Notes under the pieces: generated by a model
What the model saw: only the letters and a program-made list of their open reading frames with translations
Databases searched by the model: none
What the model was told of the DNA's origin: nothing
Shown here: piece by piece, positions 6,625 through 16,257 of the stretch
Position numbering within the stretch: the stretch's first letter is position 1
Layout of the letters: every line of letters begins with the position of its first letter
Position numbers and translations under genes: made by a program
Source of the DNA: Minisyncoccota bacterium
Lineage (GTDB): Bacteria; Patescibacteriota; Minisyncoccia; UBA6257; 2-01-FULL-56-20
DNA: 53,769 nt
Direction of reading: 5' to 3'
NCBI GenBank assembly: GCA_025449695.1
Contig: JANWIW010000029.1
Span: 1-53,769, forward strand

Positions 6625-7797
6625 ATGGGATCCAACGAACATAAAGATGCGTTGGCAGGCGGCGTGGAATCGAACAGGTACGTTTACCCGTACGTGCCTT
6701 TCGAGAACCTTGCCGACAAAGATGTGCGCAGCAATTTCAACGAGGCCCGCGAGGAGTCGTTCGAGACTATGCGGAGCCTCGTTTCGAAAGAGATCCTGCC
6801 GGATATTCCCCTGACTGGCGACGCGCCGAGCGAAAGGATATTGTCGCTTTTCGAAAACGAGCACGTGCGCTTCGGGCCCGTGAGCTTCATAGAGGACGAG
6901 CGCGATTCCTGGCTGGGGAAGATGAATCAGTTCGTCCGTGAGGACCAGCCTCTCCAGTTCGTCCTGCTCGGGTTCCCGTTCAAAATGGCCGTGCCCCTGA
7001 AGACCGACCGCGTTTTGCCGGACTTGGGCGAGATGTTGTCCCTGCGCAGGCTTGAAAACATCGCCGCCGAGATCAAAAAAACCTACCCGCCCGGCGGCGT
7101 GATCACCGTGTTCGGGGAGGGTGCCTTCGCGAAGACGGCCGGGGTGCCGGGAGCCGACGCCAACGCATACTTCCATTACCTCGAGGACCTTAATCGCCGA
7201 ATGGGGCTCGAGGGTACCGTGAACCTGAAGGAACTCTCCGGTATGGAAAGCATGGTGCCGGACTTTGAGGAGCGGTATGCCCGCAAGGTGGAAGAGCTGA
7301 AGGCACTCTATGGCGCGGGAGATCCCGGCTTCATGGAAAAGTACCAGGGCACCTATCCTTCCGTGTCCCGTTTGGTTTCCACGAAGGACGTGCCGGAAGG
7401 CATGCTCATGGACGTGTATAACGACGGCTTGCCGGACAGCGCGCTCAATAACGATGCACGAGCAGTACGGGAAGACATCAAGGCCCGCGCCCAAGAGGCC
7501 ACCTTCCTGTACCACGCCTACCTTGGCCTGCGTGATGACCTGAACTTTATAGACACCGAGGTGCCCCATGCTTTGCATCTGACTGTTTCTCCCAAGCCCG
7601 GCCGCCTGGGCGTCATTCCCGTGAACGAACACTCCGTCCGCTTGCCGTACCATGGGGTGCCGGTCCACGACCGTGCCGCGGACAGCTTCTCGATAGAGTA
7701 TCTCATCGACATAAAGCGGCGCCCGCGCAACTATACGCCGGTGCATCTCGAAGGGGACAAAGATAACAAGCCCTTCTACTACGCCGCAGAAGCTTAA
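6625..7797 (+). CDS. isocyanide synthase family protein (PvcA/Dit1/IsnA-like)
   Basis: FVLLGFPFK, LPDLGE, IKKTYPPG, LPYHGV match the family motifs PAFPxK, LPDxxE, YxPG, TPWH; TATAAT at 6613 supports a leaderless start at 6625. Confidence 0.8.
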   Translation: MGSNEHKDALAGGVESNRYVYPYVPFENLADKDVRSNFNEAREESFETMRSLVSKEILPDIPLTGDAPSERILSLFENEHVRFGPVSFIEDERDSWLGKMNQFVREDQPLQFVLLGFPFKMAVPLKTDRVLPDLGEMLSLRRLENIAAEIKKTYPPGGVITVFGEGAFAKTAGVPGADANAYFHYLEDLNRRMGLEGTVNLKELSGMESMVPDFEERYARKVEELKALYGAGDPGFMEKYQGTYPSVSRLVSTKDVPEGMLMDVYNDGLPDSALNNDARAVREDIKARAQEATFLYHAYLGLRDDLNFIDTEVPHALHLTVSPKPGRLGVIPVNEHSVRLPYHGVPVHDRAADSFSIEYLIDIKRRPRNYTPVHLEGDKDNKPFYYAAEA

Positions 7798-7817
7798 AAA
7801 TTTGGTTTGATAGCAAA

Positions 7818-7847
7818 AGGGACGGCGGCTGCCGTCCCTCTCGTTTT
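7818..7847. terminator. terminator between convergent genes
   Basis: AGGGACGGC-ggct-GCCGTCCCT flanked by A and T tracts. Confidence 0.7.
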
Positions 7848-7867
7848 GGTTGTCGTTCCCGATCGAA

Positions 7868-8284
7868 TCAGTCTCCCTCCCAAGAGAAGACTTCCCATTC
7901 GTGCTTCTCGCTGCCGAGTTGAATGGCGATCTTTCGACCGCCGAACGCGTCGCTCAGCTCCTCGGCCAGATGGCGGATCTCCAGCAGTTGTGCGCGGCCG
8001 TAGACCTCGAGCACCCAGGTTCTAGCCCGGGCAGCTTTCCAGCCGTGCATCCACAACTGGGCCACCACCTGCCGCCGTCTCGGGAAGATGCCGAACCACT
8101 TCCGGCGAGGGCCCCGCAAAAGTCCGAAAACGCCTTCCTCGCGCTCGAGCGCATCGAGGTTCTTCAGAGCTTCGCCGCTGACATTGGCTAGCGCATAGCC
8201 GAGCGTCAGCGAATCCGCGATGTATCGGGCTACATCCGCGGCTTTGACATGAGGATCGACCGTTTCGGTCACGTTCGCAAGCAT
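7868..8284 (-). CDS. hypothetical protein
   Basis: perfect TTGACA-17-TATAAT (8336-8308, minus strand) and AGGAGG RBS. Confidence 0.75.
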   Translation of the reverse strand: MLANVTETVDPHVKAADVARYIADSLTLGYALANVSGEALKNLDALEREEGVFGLLRGPRRKWFGIFPRRRQVVAQLWMHGWKAARARTWVLEVYGRAQLLEIRHLAEELSDAFGGRKIAIQLGSEKHEWEVFSWEGD

Positions 8285-8408
8285 ACCAGTCCTCCTAGAC
8301 TTATTTCATTATAAAATTAAGCAATATAAGTGTCAATACAATCGTAATGCGAACATCAAGCTGAGAGGCTGCAATTCTTGGGATTGTGCTAGACTTTAAG
8401 CACTTAAA

Positions 8409-11400
8409 ATGCTGATCCTGCCTTTTCAAAAGCTCAAGGCTCAAGATGCGGATATAGCCGGTGGAAAAGGGGCTTCGCTCGGCGAGATGACCCAGGCGGG
8501 CATCCCCGTGCCGCCCGGTTTCGTGGTCCTTTCGGGCGCCTTTGACGGGTTCATTGATGAGACGCACCTGAACGCGGAGATCGAAGCGGCCCTCGATCTT
8601 GTGAACCACGAAGAGATGCATACCGTGGAAAACGCTTCAAAGAGGATCCAGGCCCTGATTCACAATGCCGGGATGCCCCCGGACATCGGCAAAGCGATCC
8701 TCGGCCAATTCAAGGAATTGGACGCCAAGTTCGTGGCAGTCCGTTCCAGCGCCACTTCCGAGGATAGCGCCGACGCGGCCTGGGCGGGGCAGTTGGACAC
8801 CTATCTCAATACCACCGAGGACCAGCTCCTGGAGAACGTGAAGCGCTGCTGGGCCTCGCTCTTTACGCCCCGCGCCATCTTCTATCGCTTCGAGAAAGGA
8901 TTGCACCATACGAAGATCTCGGTGGCGGTCGTGGTGCAAAATATGGTCGAAAGCGAGGTTTCCGGCATCGCCTTTTCCGTCCATCCGGTCACCCAGGACT
9001 ACAACCAGATGATCATCGAGGCCGGTCTCGGCCTCGGCGAGGCGATCGTGTCGGGCTCCATTACGCCCGACAGCTACGTGGTCGAGAAGGAGCCGTTCCG
9101 GATCCTCGACAAGAACGTATCGGTGCAGGAGAAAGCTATGGTGCGCGGAGCCGAGGGAGGCAGTATATGGCGGGAAGTGGAGAAAGAACGGGGCGAGAAG
9201 CAAGCTCTCTCCGACCAGCGGATCCTTGAGCTGGCCAGTGTGATCCTGCGCATCGAAAGGCATTACGGCTTTCCTTGTGATATCGAGTGGGCGCTCGAAG
9301 GCGGGAAGTTTTACATCACCCAAAGCCGCCCGATAACGACGCTTTTTAAGAAAGAGAACGGCCACGGATCCATCGAAGAGGCCCCGCGCTGGGAGAAGGT
9401 CCTCCAGCGCAATTTCCCGCCGTTTGCCTGGACCGCGAGCGGCCATTACGAGTTCAATGGCCTGAGCATCGGCCCGATGAAGTGGAAACGGGACCGGGAG
9501 ATGCACATCCGTTACAAATCGCAACAGTCCTACATGATCCAGGACCCGGCCGCCTATTATATCTCGAACATCAATGACGTCATCAGGGAGATCAATCCGT
9601 TATTTGAGGAAAAAATGGATGAATATAACGGCGAGATCCACGAGGCCGTCCGTAAAGAACCGGGCAAAACTCTTAAGGACTTGGCTGAATTGGTGGATTT
9701 GCATAGATGGATGTACGGCCTCATGCTCGTGGGTTTTGATGTCGCAATCGACATCAGGAACCGGATCGACGAGGTCGTAAAGGAAAGGGGTCCGGAATTC
9801 GAATCCTATCTTTTGACGCCCTGGAAGCAAACGGCCATCGGAAGGGAGACGGCGGGGATCGCGGAAGCGAAAGAAGCCGCAAAGAAGAACTCTGATGTCC
9901 GCGTTGCGGTCACGGAGAAGCTCTCCGCCGATTTCGGCTATCTTCACCAGGACTATCTCGGCCAATCCTGGTCGCCCGGGGATTATGAGCAGGCCCTTAA
10001 GGACCCCGCGCTGCAGTCGCATATGGATGATGCCCATGATATCAGCCGCCTGGACCCGTACGAGCAGTGGCTCATCACGATCTTCAAGAAGGTGATCTAC
10101 ATGTACGAGGAAGGCCGCAATGCCATGGTCCGCTGCATGTGGGCGATCAAGGAAACCGCGAAGGCCCTTGGGACGGACCCCGACGCCCTCCTTTATATGA
10201 CCGATAAGGAAGTGGCGGCATTCGCGTCCGGCAAGGGAAGCATGATCCCTCCCGATCTGCTCGGAAAGCGCAAAGAAGCATTTGCCCTTTATTTTGAGAA
10301 TGGCTCGTATCGGGAGTACACCGGCGAGGAAGAAGTAAAACAGCTGATACTGGATCAGGACATAATGCGCTTCTGGGAGGATAAAGCCGGTAACGAGGAT
10401 TCTCTGGAAGGCTCCATCGCTTTTAAAGGACACGTTAAGGGCAAAGCGCGTCTCGTCTTCACCCAGGCGGACGCGAACGCGGTAGAGCAAGGAGAGATCA
10501 TCGTTACTCCCATGACGCAGGTCGAGTTCTTATCCGGCATCCGCAAATGCGCCGCGATCGTGACCGATGAGGGCGGGATCATCTCCCACGCGGCCATCGT
10601 CGCCAGGGAATTCGGCAAGCCCTGCATCCTCAATACACGCAAGGCGACCAAAGTGTTCAGGAACGGCGACCTCATCGAGGTGGACGCCAACCTGGGCGTG
10701 GTGAAAAGGCTAGCACTGGCTGAAAATGAAGGCTTTTCCTTTGTGAACAGGGACTGGAAGAAGAACTGGGCTGGCGGCTGGGCGGCGCTCAGCTCCGCAT
10801 ATCTCGCCTATCAATACACGAAGCAGCTGAAAGACGTGCTGGGCGTCTGCCTGGAAGAGGCCCTCTTGATCAGCCACGGCAGCCTTACCGCTTGTTATTT
10901 CATCGACGCACATAAAAAGAAGTTCGGAACGCACTTCGCCGGCCAGGCGATCAAAGACCCGGGGGCGGTTTCAGCATGGGCCGCAACGCTCAAAGAAAAG
11001 ACCAATGCAGCCCGTTCCCTTATCGAGGCATATCTCAAGGAGGATTTTTCTCCGGAGCGGTTCGGCAGTTTCTTGGAGGCGATATACGCCTATGGCGTGC
11101 CGCATCGGATCGTGAAGGTCACCGTCGACTACCTGCCGGCGGATATTCTGGACCGGTCCCTGGACACGCTTGCCGAAGCCCGGGTGTATGCGGAGCCGGT
11201 GTACGAGGAAATGGAGAAATACTACCGGCACATCGCCGGCAAGATCGGCGACCGGCATGGGCTGGAACCGGAATTGGTCCTTGCGATGAACCGGACTCAA
11301 TTCGAGGACTATCTGAAGGCCGGCATTCTGCCTTCCACTCCAGTCTTAAAGGAACAATGCGGGAACTCCGCGTTCTATGTGAGCGGCGGCAGCGAGCTCG

Positions 11401-11783
11401 CATTCTCCGGAGAAAAAGACGTAACGGAGATCGAGCGGCTGCTGTCAGATCGCGGGGAAACCAAGGAATTGTCGGGGCAGACCGCGTATCCCGGCAAGGC
11501 CAGGGGAAGCGTCAGGATCGTCCTCGATCCCTCGAAGGTCACCGATTTCAGGGACGGCGAGATCCTCGTGACCGGCATGACCCGGCCGGAATACCTGTCG
11601 CTGGTCCAGCGGTCGGCAGGTTTCATCACCGATGCGGGCGGCATCCTGTCCCACGCGGCCATCACCGCCCGCGAATTGAAGAAGCCCTGCGTCATCGGAA
11701 CCGAGTCCGCGACCAGGGTGCTGAAAAACGGCGACCTGGTTGAAATCGATGCGGATAGGGGCTTAATCAGGATCATTTCGTAG
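8409..11783 (+). CDS. dikinase-like protein: PPDK/PEPS ATP-grasp domain plus two tandem [unknown domain + swivelling His domain] modules; no pyruvate-binding barrel
   Basis: GGKGASLGEM, VAVRSSATSED, GLGEAIVSG, DIEW, QSRPITT; GGIISHAAIVARE and GGILSHAAITARE. Confidence 0.85.
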   Translation: MLILPFQKLKAQDADIAGGKGASLGEMTQAGIPVPPGFVVLSGAFDGFIDETHLNAEIEAALDLVNHEEMHTVENASKRIQALIHNAGMPPDIGKAILGQFKELDAKFVAVRSSATSEDSADAAWAGQLDTYLNTTEDQLLENVKRCWASLFTPRAIFYRFEKGLHHTKISVAVVVQNMVESEVSGIAFSVHPVTQDYNQMIIEAGLGLGEAIVSGSITPDSYVVEKEPFRILDKNVSVQEKAMVRGAEGGSIWREVEKERGEKQALSDQRILELASVILRIERHYGFPCDIEWALEGGKFYITQSRPITTLFKKENGHGSIEEAPRWEKVLQRNFPPFAWTASGHYEFNGLSIGPMKWKRDREMHIRYKSQQSYMIQDPAAYYISNINDVIREINPLFEEKMDEYNGEIHEAVRKEPGKTLKDLAELVDLHRWMYGLMLVGFDVAIDIRNRIDEVVKERGPEFESYLLTPWKQTAIGRETAGIAEAKEAAKKNSDVRVAVTEKLSADFGYLHQDYLGQSWSPGDYEQALKDPALQSHMDDAHDISRLDPYEQWLITIFKKVIYMYEEGRNAMVRCMWAIKETAKALGTDPDALLYMTDKEVAAFASGKGSMIPPDLLGKRKEAFALYFENGSYREYTGEEEVKQLILDQDIMRFWEDKAGNEDSLEGSIAFKGHVKGKARLVFTQADANAVEQGEIIVTPMTQVEFLSGIRKCAAIVTDEGGIISHAAIVAREFGKPCILNTRKATKVFRNGDLIEVDANLGVVKRLALAENEGFSFVNRDWKKNWAGGWAALSSAYLAYQYTKQLKDVLGVCLEEALLISHGSLTACYFIDAHKKKFGTHFAGQAIKDPGAVSAWAATLKEKTNAARSLIEAYLKEDFSPERFGSFLEAIYAYGVPHRIVKVTVDYLPADILDRSLDTLAEARVYAEPVYEEMEKYYRHIAGKIGDRHGLEPELVLAMNRTQFEDYLKAGILPSTPVLKEQCGNSAFYVSGGSELAFSGEKDVTEIERLLSDRGETKELSGQTAYPGKARGSVRIVLDPSKVTDFRDGEILVTGMTRPEYLSLVQRSAGFITDAGGILSHAAITARELKKPCVIGTESATRVLKNGDLVEIDADRGLIRIIS

Positions 11784-11876
11784 AGGGTTCATGATGCGAC
11801 TCATGGTATCCAGAATGGTATGATGGTGAAGATTGACGTAATGGAAAGCAAAGTGACCATTTTGGAATAAGCCCAC

Positions 11877-12755
11877 ATGGAAATACGAAGCCATAATTCG
11901 GAACCGAGCTCTGAAAATCCTCCAGAAAACCTGCAGGCTGATTACATCCGCCACAGCAAATCGACTTATGCCACCTATCGCAAATTGGGTGCGGGGGAGA
12001 ACCCTGCCCAGGCATTCGACCCGGAAGATCAGGTTCTCCCGGACCTTTCCCCGGAAGGCCGGGAGCTTGCGAGAGGGGAGGCCGAAAAGTTTTTTGCAGG
12101 GCTTGATCCGGCGAAAGATGCCCTGTTCTTCGTGTCCAGTAACGAAGCGAGAGCCTTGGAGACCGCCGCGCTATATCGCGACATCGCTAAGGTAAAGAAC
12201 TTCGATATAGTTAAGCCGGAAAATGCCAGAAGCTCCATCTCGGAGAACCATATCGATGGAGATGTCCGGGTGATACGGGCGCTGTCTTTGAATCTCAAAA
12301 ACACGGTTATCCTCAACCTGTTCAACCCACCCGCTTCTCGCTACCCTGTAAACTTTGAAGGATTAAACCGTGAGGATGTCGAGATGTATAAGGGATTGGA
12401 ACGGGCCATCGACGCGGATAATAAAGGCTCTTTTGCGGCGAACTTCTTGCAGTACGGAGATTTGGTGAAAACGTATGTGCCTGGCTTCGAAACGGCCGAG
12501 GATCTTTATAATCGCAACTTCAAGCACCTGATCAGACTTCTCAGGTTCGCTGAAACGAAACGGCCGACTGGAGAGCAAGAGAAACCAATCAGGATTGTAG
12601 CCTTCGGTCATGAAAACCAAGTGCTCGTCGCCCTCAATAAATATTTTGAGGAACAGGGTATCAATAACTGCGAAGTTCTCCATGTCGAGCTGTCTCCTGA
12701 GGGCAAGGTTAGTGGTAGTTTCCGTGACAAAACGGTAGATGACATTGCTGCTTAG
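11877..12755 (+). CDS. histidine phosphatase superfamily protein, divergent
   Basis: YIRHS, LSPEG, SSxxxRALET, GHE. Confidence 0.65.
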   Translation: MEIRSHNSEPSSENPPENLQADYIRHSKSTYATYRKLGAGENPAQAFDPEDQVLPDLSPEGRELARGEAEKFFAGLDPAKDALFFVSSNEARALETAALYRDIAKVKNFDIVKPENARSSISENHIDGDVRVIRALSLNLKNTVILNLFNPPASRYPVNFEGLNREDVEMYKGLERAIDADNKGSFAANFLQYGDLVKTYVPGFETAEDLYNRNFKHLIRLLRFAETKRPTGEQEKPIRIVAFGHENQVLVALNKYFEEQGINNCEVLHVELSPEGKVSGSFRDKTVDDIAA

Positions 12756-12776
12756 TGTTAATAAGTGGATGTCTAC

Positions 12777-13865
12777 ATGACCCTACAACCAGAAAAATAC
12801 AGAGGTCTCTTCAAGATGAGGGGTCGCCTCACATGCTTACACAGCGATTTTTTCGTTCATGGTTCGTTGGGGTTCGGCAACGCCTTGGTAATCTGCAAGG
12901 GCGATGACTGGCGTTCTTTCATGTCTATTGAAGGAGAAAAGCGCTGTCTTCAGAAAGGCTTAGAAGTATTTTCGGATGAGATTGCATATCAACAGTATAG
13001 TCAAGGTTTCAGAAAGTATATTGAGACAGCTAAAGAGAAGATCATTCCACGCTTTAAAAATGAGCAAGAAAACATCACTTGGGAAGAACTCAACGAAATA
13101 TTATCTTTCCTTGGAAAGTTTTGGCATTTTTATGGCATGACCGAATTTTCATACCACGACCTTGCATATGAAAAATCTTTAGAAACAAATAACAGCGTAC
13201 TTAAGAGCAACCTGGATGATTTGGGTAAATTGAAATTCAGTGGAAGAGAATTAATGAATGCATATCTATTCGAAGGAGGTGTCTTCCATGCATTGCTTCT
13301 TAACGTGGGAAACCGATTTCTGAAAGATCCAAGCGATGCATCTTTTCTCTTCAAGCACGAAATTAAAGAGCTATTCGAAGGAGTCGCTATTTCTGGGGAA
13401 GAACTGAAGAAACGCAGGCAGGTCTACGGCTGTGCCGTCACGGAAGGTGCAACGGAGTTTTTTACCTACGAGAAGAGCGTAAGCGTGTGGGACGATTTTT
13501 GCGGTGCTCAGGCCGGTCCGCGATCGATCAGCGGGACCGTGGCAAGCCGTGGCATCGCTTCCGGGCGGGTCGTTATAGCTCCTATGCTGGTGGATATGAA
13601 AGAGATATTGAAGATCGACTCGGAGATGCAGCAAGGGGACATCCTGGTCGCGGAAAGCACGACCCCCGATCTTATGATGCTTTGCAAGAAGGCTGCAGCC
13701 ATAATTACCGATCAGGGAGGTATGCTGTCGCACGCGGCTATTATCAGCCGGGAATTGGGGATACCCTGCATCATTGGTACCGGTAAAGCGACCCACATCC
13801 TGAAAAACGGTGACCTGGTTGAAATCGATGCGGATAGGGGTAAGATTACGATACTAAGCAAATAG
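12777..13865 (+). CDS. stand-alone [unknown domain + PEP-utilising swivelling His domain] protein
   Basis: GDILVAESTTPD, TDQGGMLSHAAIISRELGIP; no ATP-grasp domain. Confidence 0.8.
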   Translation: MTLQPEKYRGLFKMRGRLTCLHSDFFVHGSLGFGNALVICKGDDWRSFMSIEGEKRCLQKGLEVFSDEIAYQQYSQGFRKYIETAKEKIIPRFKNEQENITWEELNEILSFLGKFWHFYGMTEFSYHDLAYEKSLETNNSVLKSNLDDLGKLKFSGRELMNAYLFEGGVFHALLLNVGNRFLKDPSDASFLFKHEIKELFEGVAISGEELKKRRQVYGCAVTEGATEFFTYEKSVSVWDDFCGAQAGPRSISGTVASRGIASGRVVIAPMLVDMKEILKIDSEMQQGDILVAESTTPDLMMLCKKAAAIITDQGGMLSHAAIISRELGIPCIIGTGKATHILKNGDLVEIDADRGKITILSK

Positions 13866-13868
13866 CAA

Positions 13869-14960
13869 ATGGGAGAATACTCACCAAGCATTGAGGCGGA
13901 AAAGCCATATAGTTCCAGGATCGAGCTTCACTTCTTCCGGCATTCCATCAAGGAAAGCGATGTCGTGAGCGAAACCGACCATGGAGTAAGGACATCAAGG
14001 GAGGGCAAGCGGCTGCTGAAGCAGGATACCTTCAGTAACGTGAACCTCGACCAGGCGGTCGCCTTTGGCAGCCCGCGAGACCGTGCCCAGGAGGCGGCAG
14101 GGTTCATGATGGCCGGCCATAGGGATGACATCACCGAAGACGATACGCTGGAGAGCCTAAAGGAGAAGCTCGATGCCGAACTTAAATACGGCTCGAAGAT
14201 CGGCGTCGATCACCGCCTCGATTTCCATGAGAGCAGGACCGGAAGCCCGGTAGCAAGGATGCTCTACGCGGCGATGGATCGCGGCGAGTACGCGAAAGCC
14301 ATAATCGAAGATAGCGACAAGATGGCCGAGGAAATCGGCGATGCGTCGGGAGCCAACTATTCCTTCAAGGCCGCAGGAATCGCGAGTGTCATCGAAAAGT
14401 ACATGAAGGTCGCCCCGAGATGGGACCAACTAGTGGCAGAAAAGAGCGGCCAATATACCGATACCCTCGAACGATATTTCGGCACCCATCAGGGCATGAG
14501 CGAGTCATTCCTTGCGAAGGTTATTGAAAAGACACAGGGCCTTGAGAGCAGGGCCAGGTTCATCGAGGCGTTCAGCAAGCAGGGATTTGATTTCAACAAA
14601 GGATTCGGCATGGAGATCCTTACGGGACCGCATGGAGAGCAGGCGTTGAAGATCAATATGATCATAGAAGGGAAAGATGATGTTCCGGGACATGTTCTTG
14701 ATCAGGAAGTTTCGGCTGCGACCATCAGGGAGATCATTCAGGAGGGAACCGAAGGACAGCGGCGGCTCATGGGCATGGCGTTGAGGCGCAGGCGCGAGGA
14801 GGGAGCGGTCGCGGAAAGCACCGTCGCCGAGAGGGCAAACCTTTCCGTGGAGCAGATCCAAGCCATGGAGAGCGGCGAATACCCCGACGTCCCGGACTAT
14901 GTCCGGGTCGTCGAGGCCATGGGATATCCCGCCGCCGATTTCGCCAGGTTCAAACCCTGA
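13869..14960 (+). CDS. histidine phosphatase superfamily protein with a C-terminal XRE-type HTH
   Basis: FFRHS, SPRDRAQE, THQG; C-terminal LRRRREE...VAERANLSVEQIQAMESG. Confidence 0.65.
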   Translation: MGEYSPSIEAEKPYSSRIELHFFRHSIKESDVVSETDHGVRTSREGKRLLKQDTFSNVNLDQAVAFGSPRDRAQEAAGFMMAGHRDDITEDDTLESLKEKLDAELKYGSKIGVDHRLDFHESRTGSPVARMLYAAMDRGEYAKAIIEDSDKMAEEIGDASGANYSFKAAGIASVIEKYMKVAPRWDQLVAEKSGQYTDTLERYFGTHQGMSESFLAKVIEKTQGLESRARFIEAFSKQGFDFNKGFGMEILTGPHGEQALKINMIIEGKDDVPGHVLDQEVSAATIREIIQEGTEGQRRLMGMALRRRREEGAVAESTVAERANLSVEQIQAMESGEYPDVPDYVRVVEAMGYPAADFARFKP

Positions 14961-14995
14961 AGACCCGGGGGTCAGGGCATGTTACAATCTTCGCC

Positions 14996-15997
14996 ATGAA
15001 GCTTTCCCTCGGCATCGTGGGCCTGCCGAACGTCGGCAAGTCCACTCTTTTCAAGATACTGACGGCGCAGGATATCCATATCGCGAACTACCCTTTCGCG
15101 ACCATCGACCCCAACGTAGGGGTGGTGGAGGTGCCCGACGAGCGCCTGCAGAAGATGGCGGTTCTCAGCAAATCCAAGAAGATCGTGCCGGCTGTGGTGG
15201 AGTTCTACGATATCGCGGGCCTCGTGAAGGGAGCGAGCGAAGGCCAGGGGCTCGGCAACCAGTTCCTGTCGCACATCCGCGAGACCCAGGCCATCGTGCT
15301 GGTGCTCCGGGTCTTCGAGGACCCGAACGTCATCCACGTGGAAGGCGCGCCGGACGCGCTGCGCGACCTGGAGATCATCAACACGGAGCTGATGTTGAAG
15401 GATCTCGATATCGTCGAGAAGCGCCTGAAGAAACTGGAAGCGGAGTCGCGAACCGGAGACAAGGCTGCGCAGAAGGACCTGGAAACCATGAGGAGCCTTT
15501 CAGCGGACCTCAAGGCGGGGAAACTGGCTCTGTCGTACCGGAACGAGCCCATCGTGAAGGATCTCCAGCTCCTCACCGCCAAGAAACAGCTTTATCTACT
15601 GAACGGCCCGGAAGAAGCAGTATCGAACGAGCTGAAAAAGAGGATCGCGGAATTGGGCGGCGACCATCTGAGTACCGATCTATCCATGCCCGAGGCGGAT
15701 GCCATCGAGAAACTGGTCCGCAAGGCGTATGCGATACTGGACCTCATTAGTTTCTTCACGACCGGAGAAGACGAGACTCGCGCCTGGACGGTACAGAACG
15801 GCGACAAGGCGCCGCAGGCTGCGGGGACGATCCACACCGATTTCGAAAAGAGCTTCATCCGCGCGGAGGTGGTGGGTACGGACAAGCTATTGGAAGCGGG
15901 AGGCTGGACGGCCGCAAAACAAAAAGGCTGGATACGTTTGGAGGGGAAAGAGTATGTGGTGAAAGATGGTGATGTTATGGTGATCCGCCACGGATAG
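14996..15997 (+). CDS. ychF: redox-regulated ATPase YchF
   Basis: [32 protein letters not shown], Gx[17 protein letters not shown]. Confidence 0.97.
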   Translation: MKLSLGIVGLPNVGKSTLFKILTAQDIHIANYPFATIDPNVGVVEVPDERLQKMAVLSKSKKIVPAVVEFYDIAGLVKGASEGQGLGNQFLSHIRETQAIVLVLRVFEDPNVIHVEGAPDALRDLEIINTELMLKDLDIVEKRLKKLEAESRTGDKAAQKDLETMRSLSADLKAGKLALSYRNEPIVKDLQLLTAKKQLYLLNGPEEAVSNELKKRIAELGGDHLSTDLSMPEADAIEKLVRKAYAILDLISFFTTGEDETRAWTVQNGDKAPQAAGTIHTDFEKSFIRAEVVGTDKLLEAGGWTAAKQKGWIRLEGKEYVVKDGDVMVIRHG

Positions 15998-16257
15998 ACG
16001 ACGCTGTCGCTAATTGAGATTGCAAAAGACGGCTGTTTCGGGCAGAGTGGGCGTACGGGCAAACCTTTGCGGTGGGCTGGGGAGCCAATCCTCGAAGAAC
16101 GCCCGTATAGCCCGCAGGCCATCTCGGCCTGCGGGCATATCCTTTTCATGATCAGCCTCACAGAAGGATGGAATACACCTCAGGAGCAAGTCGCGCAATA
16201 GAGGGGGAATAATCATCTGACAACTCTACAGATCACTCAAAGTTATCAACAACCACC

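Noticed and set aside
8409-11783. Calling this ppsA (PEP synthase)
   Set aside because: It lacks the C-terminal pyruvate-binding TIM barrel and has two His domains.
16010-16216. Minus-strand 68-aa ORF or ncRNA after ychF
   Set aside because: Only one clear hairpin (GCCCGCAGGCC/GGCCTGCGGGC); no RBS or family features.
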